A stretch of 32,276 nucleotides of DNA, taken from positions 1-32,276 of the forward strand of contig JAYUFF010000630.1 of assembly GCA_043738825.1 (NCBI GenBank), read 5' to 3'. Origin of the DNA: Schlesneria sp. GTDB taxonomy: Bacteria; Planctomycetota; Planctomycetia; Planctomycetales; Planctomycetaceae. Positions 1-8,773 of the stretch are shown piece after piece. The notes under the pieces are model-generated. The model was not told where the DNA came from, searched no databases, and was given only the letters and a program-made list of their open reading frames with translations. The position numbers and the translations under genes are program-made. Position 1 is the first letter of the stretch. Every line of letters begins with the position of its first letter.

Positions 1-3
1 ATC

Positions 4-62
4 GTAGGGTGGGCATTGCCCACCACAATGCGTTGTGAGTTGGTGGGCAATGCCCACCCTAC
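4..62. repeat. GTAG-type REP doublet (REPIN-like inverted pair)
   Basis: GTAGGGTGGGCATTGCCCACCA (4-25) and its exact reverse complement TGGTGGGCAATGCCCACCCTAC (41-62). Each unit is an internal palindrome with a GTAG foot. It lies downstream of the sulfatase stop. Confidence 0.75.
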
Positions 63-187
63 ATTTTGTGAGCCGCCGTATTTGTTAGGCAAAGCCGGCT
101 TTCACTCCCCAACTTCGCCGACCTCTCGACCAGCAGTGACAACACCGCCGGCGCATGCACGAACTGGCCGAAGTCGCTGGGATGTCA

Positions 188-2086
188 TCACTCGGCGACC
201 GGCTTCAGCACGATTTGACGGACATCCATGACTGCGACGCCCTCTTTCGTTTGAGGTTTGATCGACAGCGTGTAGCGTCCCGGCTTGGCGAGCGTCACTT
301 CACCGAGGTCTTGCGGGACGAACTTCTGGAACCCGCCGGTCGCTGGAACGGTGAGTGGCAACATTTGAGCAGTCCCCTCACCCGGCCCAGCCACTTCAAA
401 ATGGACGAGGCTTCCGCCGTTGGTCCCGCACCCGACGTGCGGCACCAGTCGGAAGCGGCCGGGCTTGGTGATCGTGAACTCGAACCGTGCCCAATCCTCC
501 TGACGGACCCAGAAGCCAAGCGTGTCCTTGTTCGGCAGCGGCTCGTACCGCAGCATCGTGCCGAAGACATCGGCCGTGCTGGAGTGCATCGTCACCGAGC
601 CGTCGTCGGCCTGAAGGTTCGGCGCGTAGTCGGGATTCGGCGTCGGCAGCTTCGCCCCGACCGACTCGCGCCATGCGGCCAGTTTCGCGTGCAGGTCGTT
701 CGCGATGTCGGCGTTCTGTTCGATCAGGTTGCTGGACTCGCGCAGATCCTTGGCGAGGTTGAACAGCTCGCGCCGCCCTGTCTCGTAAAACTCGATCAGC
801 TTCCAATCACCCGCCCGAATCGCCGCGCCGGGCTTCGCTCCCGCGTTGCCGTTGTAGTGGGGGAAGTGCCAGTAGAGGGCGTCGCGTTGAAGAGGGCCGT
901 CGCCTTTGAGGACGCTTGTCAGGCTGAGGCCGTCGAGTGGTTGAGGGTTGAGGGTTGAGGGTTGAGGGGCAGCGGAAGAAGTTCCGTTCGTCCGCTGCAC
1001 TCCGCAGGCATCCATGATCGTCGGGAAGAGGTCGATGCTCGACACGATCGCGTCGCTGGTCGATCCCGGCTTGGTGACGCCCGGCCAGCGGACGATCAGC
1101 GGGACGCGGATGCCTCCCTCGTAAAGGTGGCTCTTGCCGTCTCGCAGCGGCGCGTTCGAGGTCGGGGCGATGATCTGGCCGTTGCCGTTGCAGAGGCCGC
1201 CGTTGTCGGACGTGAAGAGGACCAGCGTCCGCTCGCTCAGCTTGTGTTCGTCGAGCCGTTTCAGCACACGCCCGACGGCCTCGTCCATGCTCTCCATCAT
1301 CGCGGCGTAGATCGGATTCTGCTGCGAGCCGTTCGGGTCTTTCGGCATCGCGCCGTACTTGGCGATGGTCTCGGCCTTCGCCTTCAGCGGCGTGTGGACG
1401 GCGAAGTGAGGCAGATACAAAAAGAACGGCTGCTGTTTGTGAGTGTCAATGAACTTCTCGGCTTCGGCGGCGAGACGATCCGGCAAGTACTCGCCCTCGG
1501 GCGCATCGTCGAGTCCCGGAATCTTCCGGCCGTTCTGCTTGCCATTCACGGCTGAGTTGTAGGGCGCGAAGTAGCTGTACGGCGTCCCGGCGTCATCGCC
1601 CGCGATGTTGATGTCGAACCCGTGGTCCGTCGGCAGCGAACCCGCTCCACCGAGATGCCACTTGCCAATCGAGGCACTCGTGTATCCAACCGGCTTCAAC
1701 GCCTCGGCAATGGTCAGCTCAGCGGCGGGCAGCTTGAGCGGCACTTCCGGCGCGACCAGTCTGTGCCCACGTTGCTTCCCGTGACCGGGCAACCACGTCG
1801 TGATCCCGCAGCGCTGCGGATACCGCCCCGTCATGATGGCCGTTCGCGTCGGAGAACAAACCGGACACGCGGCATAAGCCTGCGTGAACCGCATCCCCTC
1901 CGCAGCCAGCTTGTCGAGGTTCGGCGTCTTGTTAAACGTGCTCCCATAACACCCCAGGTCCGCCCACCCGAGGTCGTCGATCAGGAAGAGGACGACGTTC
2001 GGCTTCACGTCAGCCGCCGAGGCGACTCCACCAAACATCGCCATCGTCAACCACGTGAATGCCGCTCCGAGACGCCACGCCTGCAT
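188..2086 (-). CDS. Formylglycine-dependent (S1) sulfatase with signal peptide and C-terminal CBM-like beta-sandwich domain
   Basis: PNVVLFLIDDLG, CSPTR (CxPxR), GKWHLG, FTSDNGG and GKSHLYEGGIRVP motifs, plus a hydrophobic N-terminus ending ASA. ATG 2086 has a GGGAGA RBS (ORF track starts at 2155). The C-terminal VPATGGFQKF...G.VTL..PGRYTL resembles CBM6/35-type domains. Confidence 0.93.
   Translation of the reverse strand: MQAWRLGAAFTWLTMAMFGGVASAADVKPNVVLFLIDDLGWADLGCYGSTFNKTPNLDKLAAEGMRFTQAYAACPVCSPTRTAIMTGRYPQRCGITTWLPGHGKQRGHRLVAPEVPLKLPAAELTIAEALKPVGYTSASIGKWHLGGAGSLPTDHGFDINIAGDDAGTPYSYFAPYNSAVNGKQNGRKIPGLDDAPEGEYLPDRLAAEAEKFIDTHKQQPFFLYLPHFAVHTPLKAKAETIAKYGAMPKDPNGSQQNPIYAAMMESMDEAVGRVLKRLDEHKLSERTLVLFTSDNGGLCNGNGQIIAPTSNAPLRDGKSHLYEGGIRVPLIVRWPGVTKPGSTSDAIVSSIDLFPTIMDACGVQRTNGTSSAAPQPSTLNPQPLDGLSLTSVLKGDGPLQRDALYWHFPHYNGNAGAKPGAAIRAGDWKLIEFYETGRRELFNLAKDLRESSNLIEQNADIANDLHAKLAAWRESVGAKLPTPNPDYAPNLQADDGSVTMHSSTADVFGTMLRYEPLPNKDTLGFWVRQEDWARFEFTITKPGRFRLVPHVGCGTNGGSLVHFEVAGPGEGTAQMLPLTVPATGGFQKFVPQDLGEVTLAKPGRYTLSIKPQTKEGVAVMDVRQIVLKPVAE
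939..966. repeat. Heptamer tandem repeat (GGTTGAG)x4 inside the sulfatase
   Basis: Four exact copies at 939, 946, 953 and 960, encoding PQPSTLNPQP on the minus strand. Confidence 0.9.
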
Positions 2087-2195
2087 TGAACCGTCTCCCA
2101 CAAAGTTGCCTCGTTTCAGACCGCCTGACGAGAAGATAGCCTCACCGCGATTCAAAGCGAAGCAGGGGCTTCCGCCATATTCCGAAGCGGGTTAG

Positions 2196-2296
2196 CAGCC
2201 TGTTGAAAAACGTCGGGTGAGCGTCCTGCTTGCCCGTTTTACAGTTGGAAAACGGGCAATCCAGAGGCATACCACCCGACGTTATTCAACAGGCTG
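2196..2296. mobile_element. ~100-bp MITE-like long hairpin element
   Basis: 24-bp terminal IR CAGCCTGTTGAAAAACGTCGGGTG / CACCCGACGTTATTCAACAGGCTG (1 mismatch) plus an inner IR TTGCCCGTTTT / AAAACGGGCAA. No coding capacity. Confidence 0.6.
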
Positions 2297-2309
2297 GCAG
2301 GCTCCCGTC

Positions 2310-2440
2310 ATGAACATCCTGCTCCCCGCCGCAGTCGAACAAACGTTGACCTCGGAAGCGGCCGCGCTGCATCTGGCCATCGGTCTGTTAGTTTGCGAAC
2401 AAGCCACGCACGGATAAGCGACGAGGCTGACGGAACGATT
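2310..2440 (+). pseudogene. Truncated UPF0175-family (antitoxin-like) gene remnant
   Basis: MNILLPAAVEQTLTSEAAALHLAIGLLVCEQATHG*A resembles the UPF0175 pattern LELAI.L...E.SLGKAA. TAA at 2415-2417 is one change from CAA. Confidence 0.45.
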
Positions 2441-2663
2441 CGCGCCACGGGAACGAATGCGGTCGATATCTGACCGGTGCGCTTACCGAAACGACCCGCC
2501 CGAAGGCGCGTTTCTGTACTGTAGTCCGGTCGCTCCCCCGACCGAATATCCCGTCGGCGGAGCGGCGGGACGACGCGTTCTGGTGCGCAGTCACCACCGA
2601 ATGACGGCTCCACCGAGAATGAAGGAACCGCCGAGAAAACAGGCGTTTTCTCGGCCGTTCTCA

Positions 2664-2677
2664 CGGAGAGGGGGGGA
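2664..2677 (-). other. Candidate att core: 3'-end fragment of a tRNA-Ser
   Basis: Minus strand reads TCCCCCCCTCTCCG, matching the T-stem 3' arm, acceptor strand and G discriminator of tRNA-Ser. It is followed by the hairpin GCCGAGAAAAC-GCCT-GTTTTCTCGGC and lies 180 bp from a recombinase. Only 14 bp. Confidence 0.4.
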
Positions 2678-2807
2678 CACTCCGCAAGCCAATCCGCAAC
2701 TGATGTAGCTGAAGATGTTTGCGACGCAAACGGCTTTCCTGGACAAAAGTTGCGGATTGTCAGAGGCAGTCATCAATAGTCACGGATTCTCACTGGTGGT
2801 CAAATCA

Positions 2808-2826
2808 ATTGGCACACTGTGCCAAT
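2808..2826. promoter_or_regulatory. Palindromic operator-like site upstream of the recombinase
   Basis: ATTGGCACA-C-TGTGCCAAT is a perfect 9-bp IR, ~35 bp before the start codon. Confidence 0.4.
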
Positions 2827-2863
2827 GATTTCGGGCGGGTGATGTCTCCGACAGGAGATGATC

Positions 2864-4807
2864 ATGAGTCGTACCAGACCAATGGTGCCCCGGGATGGGC
2901 ATACTCTGCGCGTGTTGATTGTCGCTCGCATTAGCGGGTGCCAAAATCAAAAGGAATTGAGCCTCGAAGATCAGGAGGACCATGCCAGACAGGAAGTTGC
3001 TGATCAGTACAATGGCCCTAGCGAATTCAAAGTCATCGCTACCATAGGCAAAGGGGAGCGGTTGGACCGGCCAGAACTGGTCGAGGTCGAGAGACTCATC
3101 CGATCAGGCGAATTTGATCTCGTCATCATGGAGGATGCGGGTCGTCTGATCCGCGGGACTGCGGCTGTCGAATTATGGGGGCTGGCGGTCGATCGCGGCA
3201 TTCGTTGCATCGCACCGAATGACGGTTGTGACACGTCTGAGCCGACCTGGGAAGAGGATCTGATTGCAGCCTGCAAGGACCATGTGAGTCACTGTGCTCA
3301 CACATCCCGCCGCATTAAGCAAAAGCAGATGAACCGCTTCAGACGAAACGGCGGGGCGACTCCGCTACCGATTTATGGCTATATCAAACCAGAGGGAGCC
3401 AAACACTACAGTGAATGGCGAAAGGACGATGACTCGATTCCACATCTTCAAAACGGGCTCGACATTCTTCGACAGCAGAAAAACTGGACGGCGGTTGCTG
3501 ATTACTTTAACAGGCATGGTGTGCCGACTGGGCCATTTTGCGGGAACGACCGATGGGATGGGGCGATGGTTCGACGGCTTTATCACAACCCACTCCTGAA
3601 GGGGAGACCACAGCGCGGCGCTCGTTACTCCGACAAGAATCATGAATCAGGCCGCCGAATCTCGAAGGTCAATTCTGAAGGGCCAACGTACCGCGACGAA
3701 CCACATCTCGCGCATTTCGATCCCAATTTATTGGATGCAGTCCTCGCCGAAGTTGACGCAAAGAATCGAGAATTGGGAAGGAGGCGTCCTACGACGAGTT
3801 CGGTTCCGGTCGGTCATGGCAAGCGCTCACGTTTCCCCGGGCAAAGCGTTATTTGTTGGTACTGCGGTCGCGAGATGGTCTGGGGAGGCAATGGGAATCG
3901 GGATCACCTGATGTGCAACGGCTCTCGTCATTACCAGTGTTGGAACTCCATTGGATTCAGTGGTTCGATTGCCGCACAGCGGGTTCTGGACGCAATCACA
4001 GCTGAACTCGCGCAGCTGGATGGCTTCGACGAGCAATTCGCCGAACTGGTGCAGATGGCACTCGCCGAGCGAGAACATGATCATCGTCATTGGCAAGACC
4101 TTCAGGCAGCGGAGGCCAAGCTCAATCAGGACAAAGCTTGCCTTTCGTCCGCAATACTCCAGTCGGGTTCTCATCCATTACTCACTGAGATGTTGATCGA
4201 TCTGGAGAACCGGGAACGCGAGTTGGCTCGTCGTCGACAGATTCTGGAGAATCAGTCGCGGCAATGCCCCAAGCTCCCAGAGAAGGGCGCGGAGTTGCGA
4301 GCCCAGTTCGAAGAAGTCTCGCGAGATCTGGTGCTACACTCGTTCGAGTTCGGCGACCTTCTGCGGTCTCTGGTGCCCGAGTTTCACGTCTACCTCGTCA
4401 GGCTGGTTGATGGAGGACATCTGCTCCCTCGGGCAAGGATCAAGCTCTCTCTGGGTGGAATCGTGCGGGACATCGACCGGGCTCCGGAACTGCAAGAGTT
4501 CCTGACTCGTGAGATGACCATCGATTTGTTCGAAGCTCCGACCCGTGAGCAGATTCGGGAAGAATCAGTGCGTCAATCCGCCGAAGGCATCAAGCAGCGC
4601 GACATCGCAACGTCGTTGAACACCCATCAGGCGACCGTCCAGCGAGCACTGAATCTGGATCGCATGATGCGAGATAAAAGTCTCACCAGTCCCTATGAAC
4701 TGGTGATCGCGCCGCCTCCAGTAGACACGAACAGGAAAATGAAACGCTCGCGAAACGCGCGGTATTCGTTCGGCCCGCGTGACGGATACTTCCCCCCCAC
4801 CCGCTGA
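2864..4807 (+). CDS. Large serine recombinase (resolvase N-terminal, recombinase and Zn-ribbon domains)
   Basis: VLIVARIS (catalytic Ser)...SLEDQE, DRPEL, EDAGRLIR, PIYGY, CWYCG...C...C zinc ribbon, coiled coil and C-terminal HTH-like segment. AGGAG RBS; alternative ATG at 2858. Confidence 0.92.
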   Translation: MSRTRPMVPRDGHTLRVLIVARISGCQNQKELSLEDQEDHARQEVADQYNGPSEFKVIATIGKGERLDRPELVEVERLIRSGEFDLVIMEDAGRLIRGTAAVELWGLAVDRGIRCIAPNDGCDTSEPTWEEDLIAACKDHVSHCAHTSRRIKQKQMNRFRRNGGATPLPIYGYIKPEGAKHYSEWRKDDDSIPHLQNGLDILRQQKNWTAVADYFNRHGVPTGPFCGNDRWDGAMVRRLYHNPLLKGRPQRGARYSDKNHESGRRISKVNSEGPTYRDEPHLAHFDPNLLDAVLAEVDAKNRELGRRRPTTSSVPVGHGKRSRFPGQSVICWYCGREMVWGGNGNRDHLMCNGSRHYQCWNSIGFSGSIAAQRVLDAITAELAQLDGFDEQFAELVQMALAEREHDHRHWQDLQAAEAKLNQDKACLSSAILQSGSHPLLTEMLIDLENRERELARRRQILENQSRQCPKLPEKGAELRAQFEEVSRDLVLHSFEFGDLLRSLVPEFHVYLVRLVDGGHLLPRARIKLSLGGIVRDIDRAPELQEFLTREMTIDLFEAPTREQIREESVRQSAEGIKQRDIATSLNTHQATVQRALNLDRMMRDKSLTSPYELVIAPPPVDTNRKMKRSRNARYSFGPRDGYFPPTR

Positions 4808-4852
4808 CCGCGACGTCGAGTAGCGTCACTTTTTCTGATGATCACTCCTCAA

Positions 4853-4886
4853 CGACCCCGGCCCCAACGCCGGGGTCGCTTCATTT
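4853..4886 (+). terminator. Possible intrinsic terminator or hairpin after the recombinase
   Basis: 10-bp stem CGACCCCGGC-cccaac-GCCGGGGTCG followed by a weak U-tract (CTTCATTT). Confidence 0.4.
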
Positions 4887-4909
4887 ACCCACCACCAGCA
4901 GAGAACTGT

Positions 4910-5095
4910 ATGAAAAGACGAACCGTCCAAACAACCGCCCCGATAAACCTGCGACAGTATCCCGTGGTACCTGGGACGGGACTACACGATTTGCTGTCGG
5001 AGGTCGCACGAGAAATCATCCGCAGGCGATTCATCACGGAGACTCCGACGCCAATGCGACGTCGTAGGAATGGCCGCACGACATCCGGTCAATGA
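4910..5095 (+). CDS. Small basic hypothetical protein (61 aa)
   Basis: ATG 4910 after GAGA, with a plausible amphipathic helix LHDLLSEVAREIIRRR. No family recognised. Confidence 0.35.
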   Translation: MKRRTVQTTAPINLRQYPVVPGTGLHDLLSEVAREIIRRRFITETPTPMRRRRNGRTTSGQ

Positions 5096-5219
5096 ACAGC
5101 CGAATCTTTCTTTTGAAGCATCCTGCAATTCGCGTTGCGACTGACAAGCCTCAGGGAATCCAAAACCACTCCCCAAGACGGGCCTTTGGGCCAGCCCCTG
5201 GGGCCCTTTCTTTTAACTG

Positions 5220-5540
5220 CTATGAAGGATGTCGACGTCGCGGCGTGGAGGCGTTCCACGCAGAATTCATTGGCCTTGGTATCGGTTGGTGGTTTCTGCT
5301 GCGAGGTGCCGGAAGTCTGGGACAGGATGCGACGTGACGACGAACCAAGTAGCGCACGGAGGGTGCGGGACGTTCATCTCGGGGGCTGGCCGCCGATAGC
5401 TATGGGCTTCGAGCCCGGTTTTTTGACTGGCCCCCCTGCGACCCACCCGGCTGAGCCCTGAGCTCGCAGAGGTAGTTGCCGTATGCCCATCGCTCGCTGA
5501 CGCGAGCATTTCCCGCACCTCCGTGCTGTGGAGGTTTGCC
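5220..5540 (+). ncRNA. IS110 left non-coding end, candidate bridge-RNA locus
   Basis: ~300 bp without a convincing ORF directly upstream of an IS110 recombinase, with several short stems (GGGCTTCGAGCCC, GCTCGCTGACGCGAGC, ACCTCCGTGCTGTGGAGGT). The position matches the IS110-group bridge RNA. Boundaries are uncertain. Confidence 0.45.
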
Positions 5541-6745
5541 ATGATTCGATTCGTGGAATTGGATGTTCACAAGCAGTTCATTGAAGTGTGTGTGATCGAT
5601 CGCAAAGGAAACGTCTTGACCCGCAGTCGCGTCGATTGCCGTCGGGACGAGTTGGACCAGTTCGCTACAAAGGAACTGCGGAAGACGGACCGCGTCGCCC
5701 TGGAAGCGACGACGAACACGTGGCCGGTGGTGGACATTCTGCGACCGCGCGTCGCTCAACTTGCCGTGGGCAATCCAATGAAGACGAAGGCGATCGCGGA
5801 GGCGAAGGTGAAGACCGACAAGGTCGATGCCGTGGTGCTCGCACAGCTGCTGCGCTGCGCGTATCCCCTGGATGTCTGGCAGCCCGATGCGGCCACGCAA
5901 ATGCAGCGCAGCTTGTGGACTCATCGCAGCGGCCTCATGTGCCAGCGGGCGCGGCACAGGAACCGAATTCAGTGCTCGCTGAACCGCCTGTTGATCAAAG
6001 CTGCTTGCCGCTGTCTCTGGACCAAGTCAGGATTGGCCTGGCTCAGGACTCTGGAATTGTTACCGAAGGATCGGCTGATGCTCGACAGCGAGTTGCGAAA
6101 ACTGCAAGCTACTGAGCAGGAACTGATCGTGGTGGATCAGCAACTGGTGGAATTCGCTCGGTGAGAACCCCAAGTGCAACTGCTGATGACCTTGCCTGGG
6201 GCCAATTACGTTGTCGCACTGGGACTGTTGTCCGCCATCGGCGATGTGACCCGGTTTCAGAACGAGGATCATCTGGCCTCGTACCTGGGTTTGGTCCCCA
6301 TCACCCGCCAGTCTGCCAACAAGTGCTACCACGGGCGGATCACCAATACAGGCAATCCGCAGGTACGTTGGCTGCTGACTCAAGCCTGCCAACGCGTGTC
6401 ACGGCATCCAGGACGCTCGGCGGGTTCTTTCGCCGCTTGGCCAAGCGGAAGCCTCGCCATGTTGCACTGATGGCGTTGGTCCGCAAACTGGCGACGGTGG
6501 CATATCTGATGCTCAAGCACAACGAGCCTTACCGGTATGCCCGGCCCGAGCTCATGGCCAAGAAGGTTATCGAACCCCGTAGCAGGTACCTGCCGACAGA
6601 ACAGCGCAGTCAGCACACACGGCTGCGGGCCAGCGACAGCAGCCAGATCGTTGTCAGTTCTTCGACAGACGGCCAATCTGCGAGTTTCCGACACTGCCCG
6701 AAACAACGCCCGGATTTCCGTGACGATCATCGGAGTCACCGCTGA
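5541..6745 (+). pseudogene. IS110-family transposase/recombinase, inactivated
   Basis: FVELDVHK, VALEAT and KTDKVDA (DEDD RuvC-like domain). In-frame TGA at 6162-6164, then LMTLPG...GDVTRF...LASYLGLVP..RQSA...GRIT..GN. A frameshift near 6415 leads into ALVRKLATVAYLML..NEPY. Confidence 0.92.
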
Positions 6746-6790
6746 GGCTGCTGCCTGCCAGCAGGCTGGATTAACCGTTTCAATCACTCA

Positions 6791-6829
6791 ATGGGGCCGC
6801 CGGATTGGCGGCCCCATCGAGCCTTTTTT
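6791..6829 (+). terminator. Hairpin with T-tract downstream of the IS110 remnant
   Basis: ATGGGGCCGCC-ggatt-GGCGGCCCCAT followed by CGAGCCTTTTTT. Confidence 0.45.
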
Positions 6830-6861
6830 AACTATCAGGTGCCACGTGTCAGTCAAAGGTA

Positions 6862-7207
6862 GTCACCGTCGATGCCTTGAACCAGCGATCGACCTTCGTT
6901 CTCGACGCGGCGAACCGGACCGTAGCATCGGTCAACCCACTGAACCAGCGGATCACGTCCGTGTAGGATTCAGCCGGGCGAACCATCGCCACAATCAATC
7001 CGCTAACAAATCGCAGCACGGCCCTCTACGATGCCGCGTCACAAGTCGTTTCCAGCATCAATCCGCTCAGCAAGCGAACGAGCTTCGTCTACAACGAACG
7101 GTCGTGCGTGATCCTGAGATGGGCGGGTGACATCCACCTACGATGCGGCTAGCCGCACAACGAAGCTCGTCAACGCTCAGAACAAACGGACGACATTCAG
7201 CTACGAT
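6862..7207 (+). pseudogene. Degenerate Rhs/YD-repeat fragment, paralogous to the shell gene at 26818-32276
   Basis: Translates VTVDALNQRSTFVLDAANRTVASVNPLNQRITSV*DSAGRTIATINPLTNRSTALYDAASQVVSSINPLSKRTSFVYN, then VTSTYDAASRTTKLVNAQNKRTTFSYD. These align with ATVDALNRRS...LYDAASQVVSNINPLGNRTSFVYN and VTSIYDAAGRATLLVNAENKRTTFSYD in the shell. Confidence 0.88.
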
Positions 7208-7538
7208 CCGCGCCGGGAGAAACGGAGTCGAGTTCTGCTGAGGAGCAACTCGACAAGGGATCTCCCGGCCAGAAGTGCGTCCAAGCACCCGCCCCCGAGG
7301 AGTTGTGTCTCTTCCGGGGCGCTTGGAACATCTCTGCAATGCCTCAGAAAACCTTCTTCCAAAAACACACACAGTTCCTACCGGCCACGCCAGACCCAGA
7401 AGAACCATTTTTTTATTTGCCTGACACTTGCGTTTCCGAACAGTCACGATCACTCTACCTAATGCGTTTTGAAAAATCCCCCAACACGAGTTAACTGAAA
7501 TCCAAGTGTGAGGCTGCATTCTTTACGAATACATTAAT

Positions 7539-8110
7539 ATAAGCGTCCGATTAAATGTGGGATGTGGAACGGATTACCGCAAGGCATTCGACAACATTGA
7601 CGGGAGCCAGGCTCTGCCTTAAGTTGACAATGTTATCGATATCTCGACAGAATCACTCCTCTCACATTTCAGTAAACGTGATGTCGAGTACATTCTTGCG
7701 GGCGATAGTGTCGAACACTTTTTTTCGCTGGGATGCAATTAATATTCTGAAATCATTTTATGACACAATTGATCGTAGGTGGGCAAGTTCAGATTCGGGC
7801 GGAATTCATCATCAACAACGGCCTGTTCTCATTCGAATAGAAAATGGATCTCCTTTACGAAGGGCAGGATATTCCACAAATCTGTGACTTTGTAATGAAC
7901 GTTTCAAGGAGACGCTTTGCACAGTTCTTTTGTCGTAAATATGGATGGACGATGAAATCATTGGAAGTTGAGCTTTCACAACGCCCGCTTTCTTTCGTGA
8001 CGTGCAAAGCGGCTGGTGTCATTTTCATTGCTAGTGCTACTAAGTTGGAACAACAGTCGCCATCTCACACAACCGCGGCCGGTCGAAAACACTTTAGTGA
8101 ACGAGATTGA
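7539..8110 (+). pseudogene. Class I SAM-dependent methyltransferase pseudogene (not shown intact in the ORF track)
   Basis: Frame from 7548 gives RLNVGCGTDYRKAFDNIDGSQALP*VDNVIDIS...ILAGDSVEH (SAM motif I). A frameshift in the T-run at ~7719-7725 gives FFRWDAINILKSFY. A second shift gives LIVGGQVQIR...FE*KMDLLYEGQDIPQ...KYGWT. The start appears degraded to ATA at 7539. Confidence 0.7.
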
Positions 8111-8129
8111 CTCCACAATCGGAGAAATA

Positions 8130-8747
8130 ATGCCTATAGACAAGGAGAATAAAATGGAATTCTGGCCCCAACTCGAATGCCGCTTACATGCTCGCGATCA
8201 GCCTTTTCCGGCGAGTTGGAAGCTTTGCTATGAGACAAAACACGCTTTAGCTGCCCTACTGAAGCCCTACAATATCTTGGAAATCGGTGTACGTGCGGGT
8301 TACTCGGCTTTCAGTTTTCTCACAGTTTGCCCGTACGCCAGATATTTAGGAGTTGACAACAACAGCAATACGCACGGCGGTTTTTGCGGATCAATCGAGC
8401 ATGCTCGACTGATCTTGCAACCTTTCGACGTCACGATTCTCGAATTGCCGTCCGGGGAACTCGCGAAGCATTTTGAAGGGTACGAATTGCCGCCAGCCTT
8501 CGACCTTGTACATGTTGACGGAGATCATAGCATGGATGGTTGTTATGCCGATTTGTTGTTGGCATTGCAGTGTCACCCGCGGGCAATCTTGGTAGACGAT
8601 TATGCTGCAATACCAGAAGTTAAGAAGGCCTGTGATCAGTTTTTTGGCGACAACAGTGAACAATTTCATCAACTCAAAATCACCGACGGTCACAATGGTG
8701 CTATTCTCTTTCTACGCAACGAATGCACTCACATTCAAAGCAAGTAG
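8130..8747 (+). CDS. Class I SAM-dependent methyltransferase (Methyltransf_24-like)
   Basis: ILEIGVRAGYSA, YLGVD, FDLVHVDGDHS, ILVDDY. ATG 8130 (GGAG) or ATG 8154 (AAGGAG). Confidence 0.85.
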   Translation: MPIDKENKMEFWPQLECRLHARDQPFPASWKLCYETKHALAALLKPYNILEIGVRAGYSAFSFLTVCPYARYLGVDNNSNTHGGFCGSIEHARLILQPFDVTILELPSGELAKHFEGYELPPAFDLVHVDGDHSMDGCYADLLLALQCHPRAILVDDYAAIPEVKKACDQFFGDNSEQFHQLKITDGHNGAILFLRNECTHIQSK

Positions 8748-8773
8748 CTCCCTTCCCCATTCGTCGCAGCGCG

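Noticed and set aside
155-2089. Plus-strand ORFs of 267, 197 and 155 aa
   Set aside because: Antisense to the well-supported sulfatase.
2600-2700. Complete tRNA gene
   Set aside because: Only 14 nt match a tRNA 3' end. There is no TTCGA loop or rest of the cloverleaf.
6162-6164. IS110 TGA as recoding (selenocysteine or readthrough)
   Set aside because: A further frameshift near 6415 and motif erosion indicate ordinary decay.
7555-7887. 110-aa ORF as a real gene
   Set aside because: It is a chimera of frames of the methyltransferase pseudogene. The SAM motif lies in a different frame.
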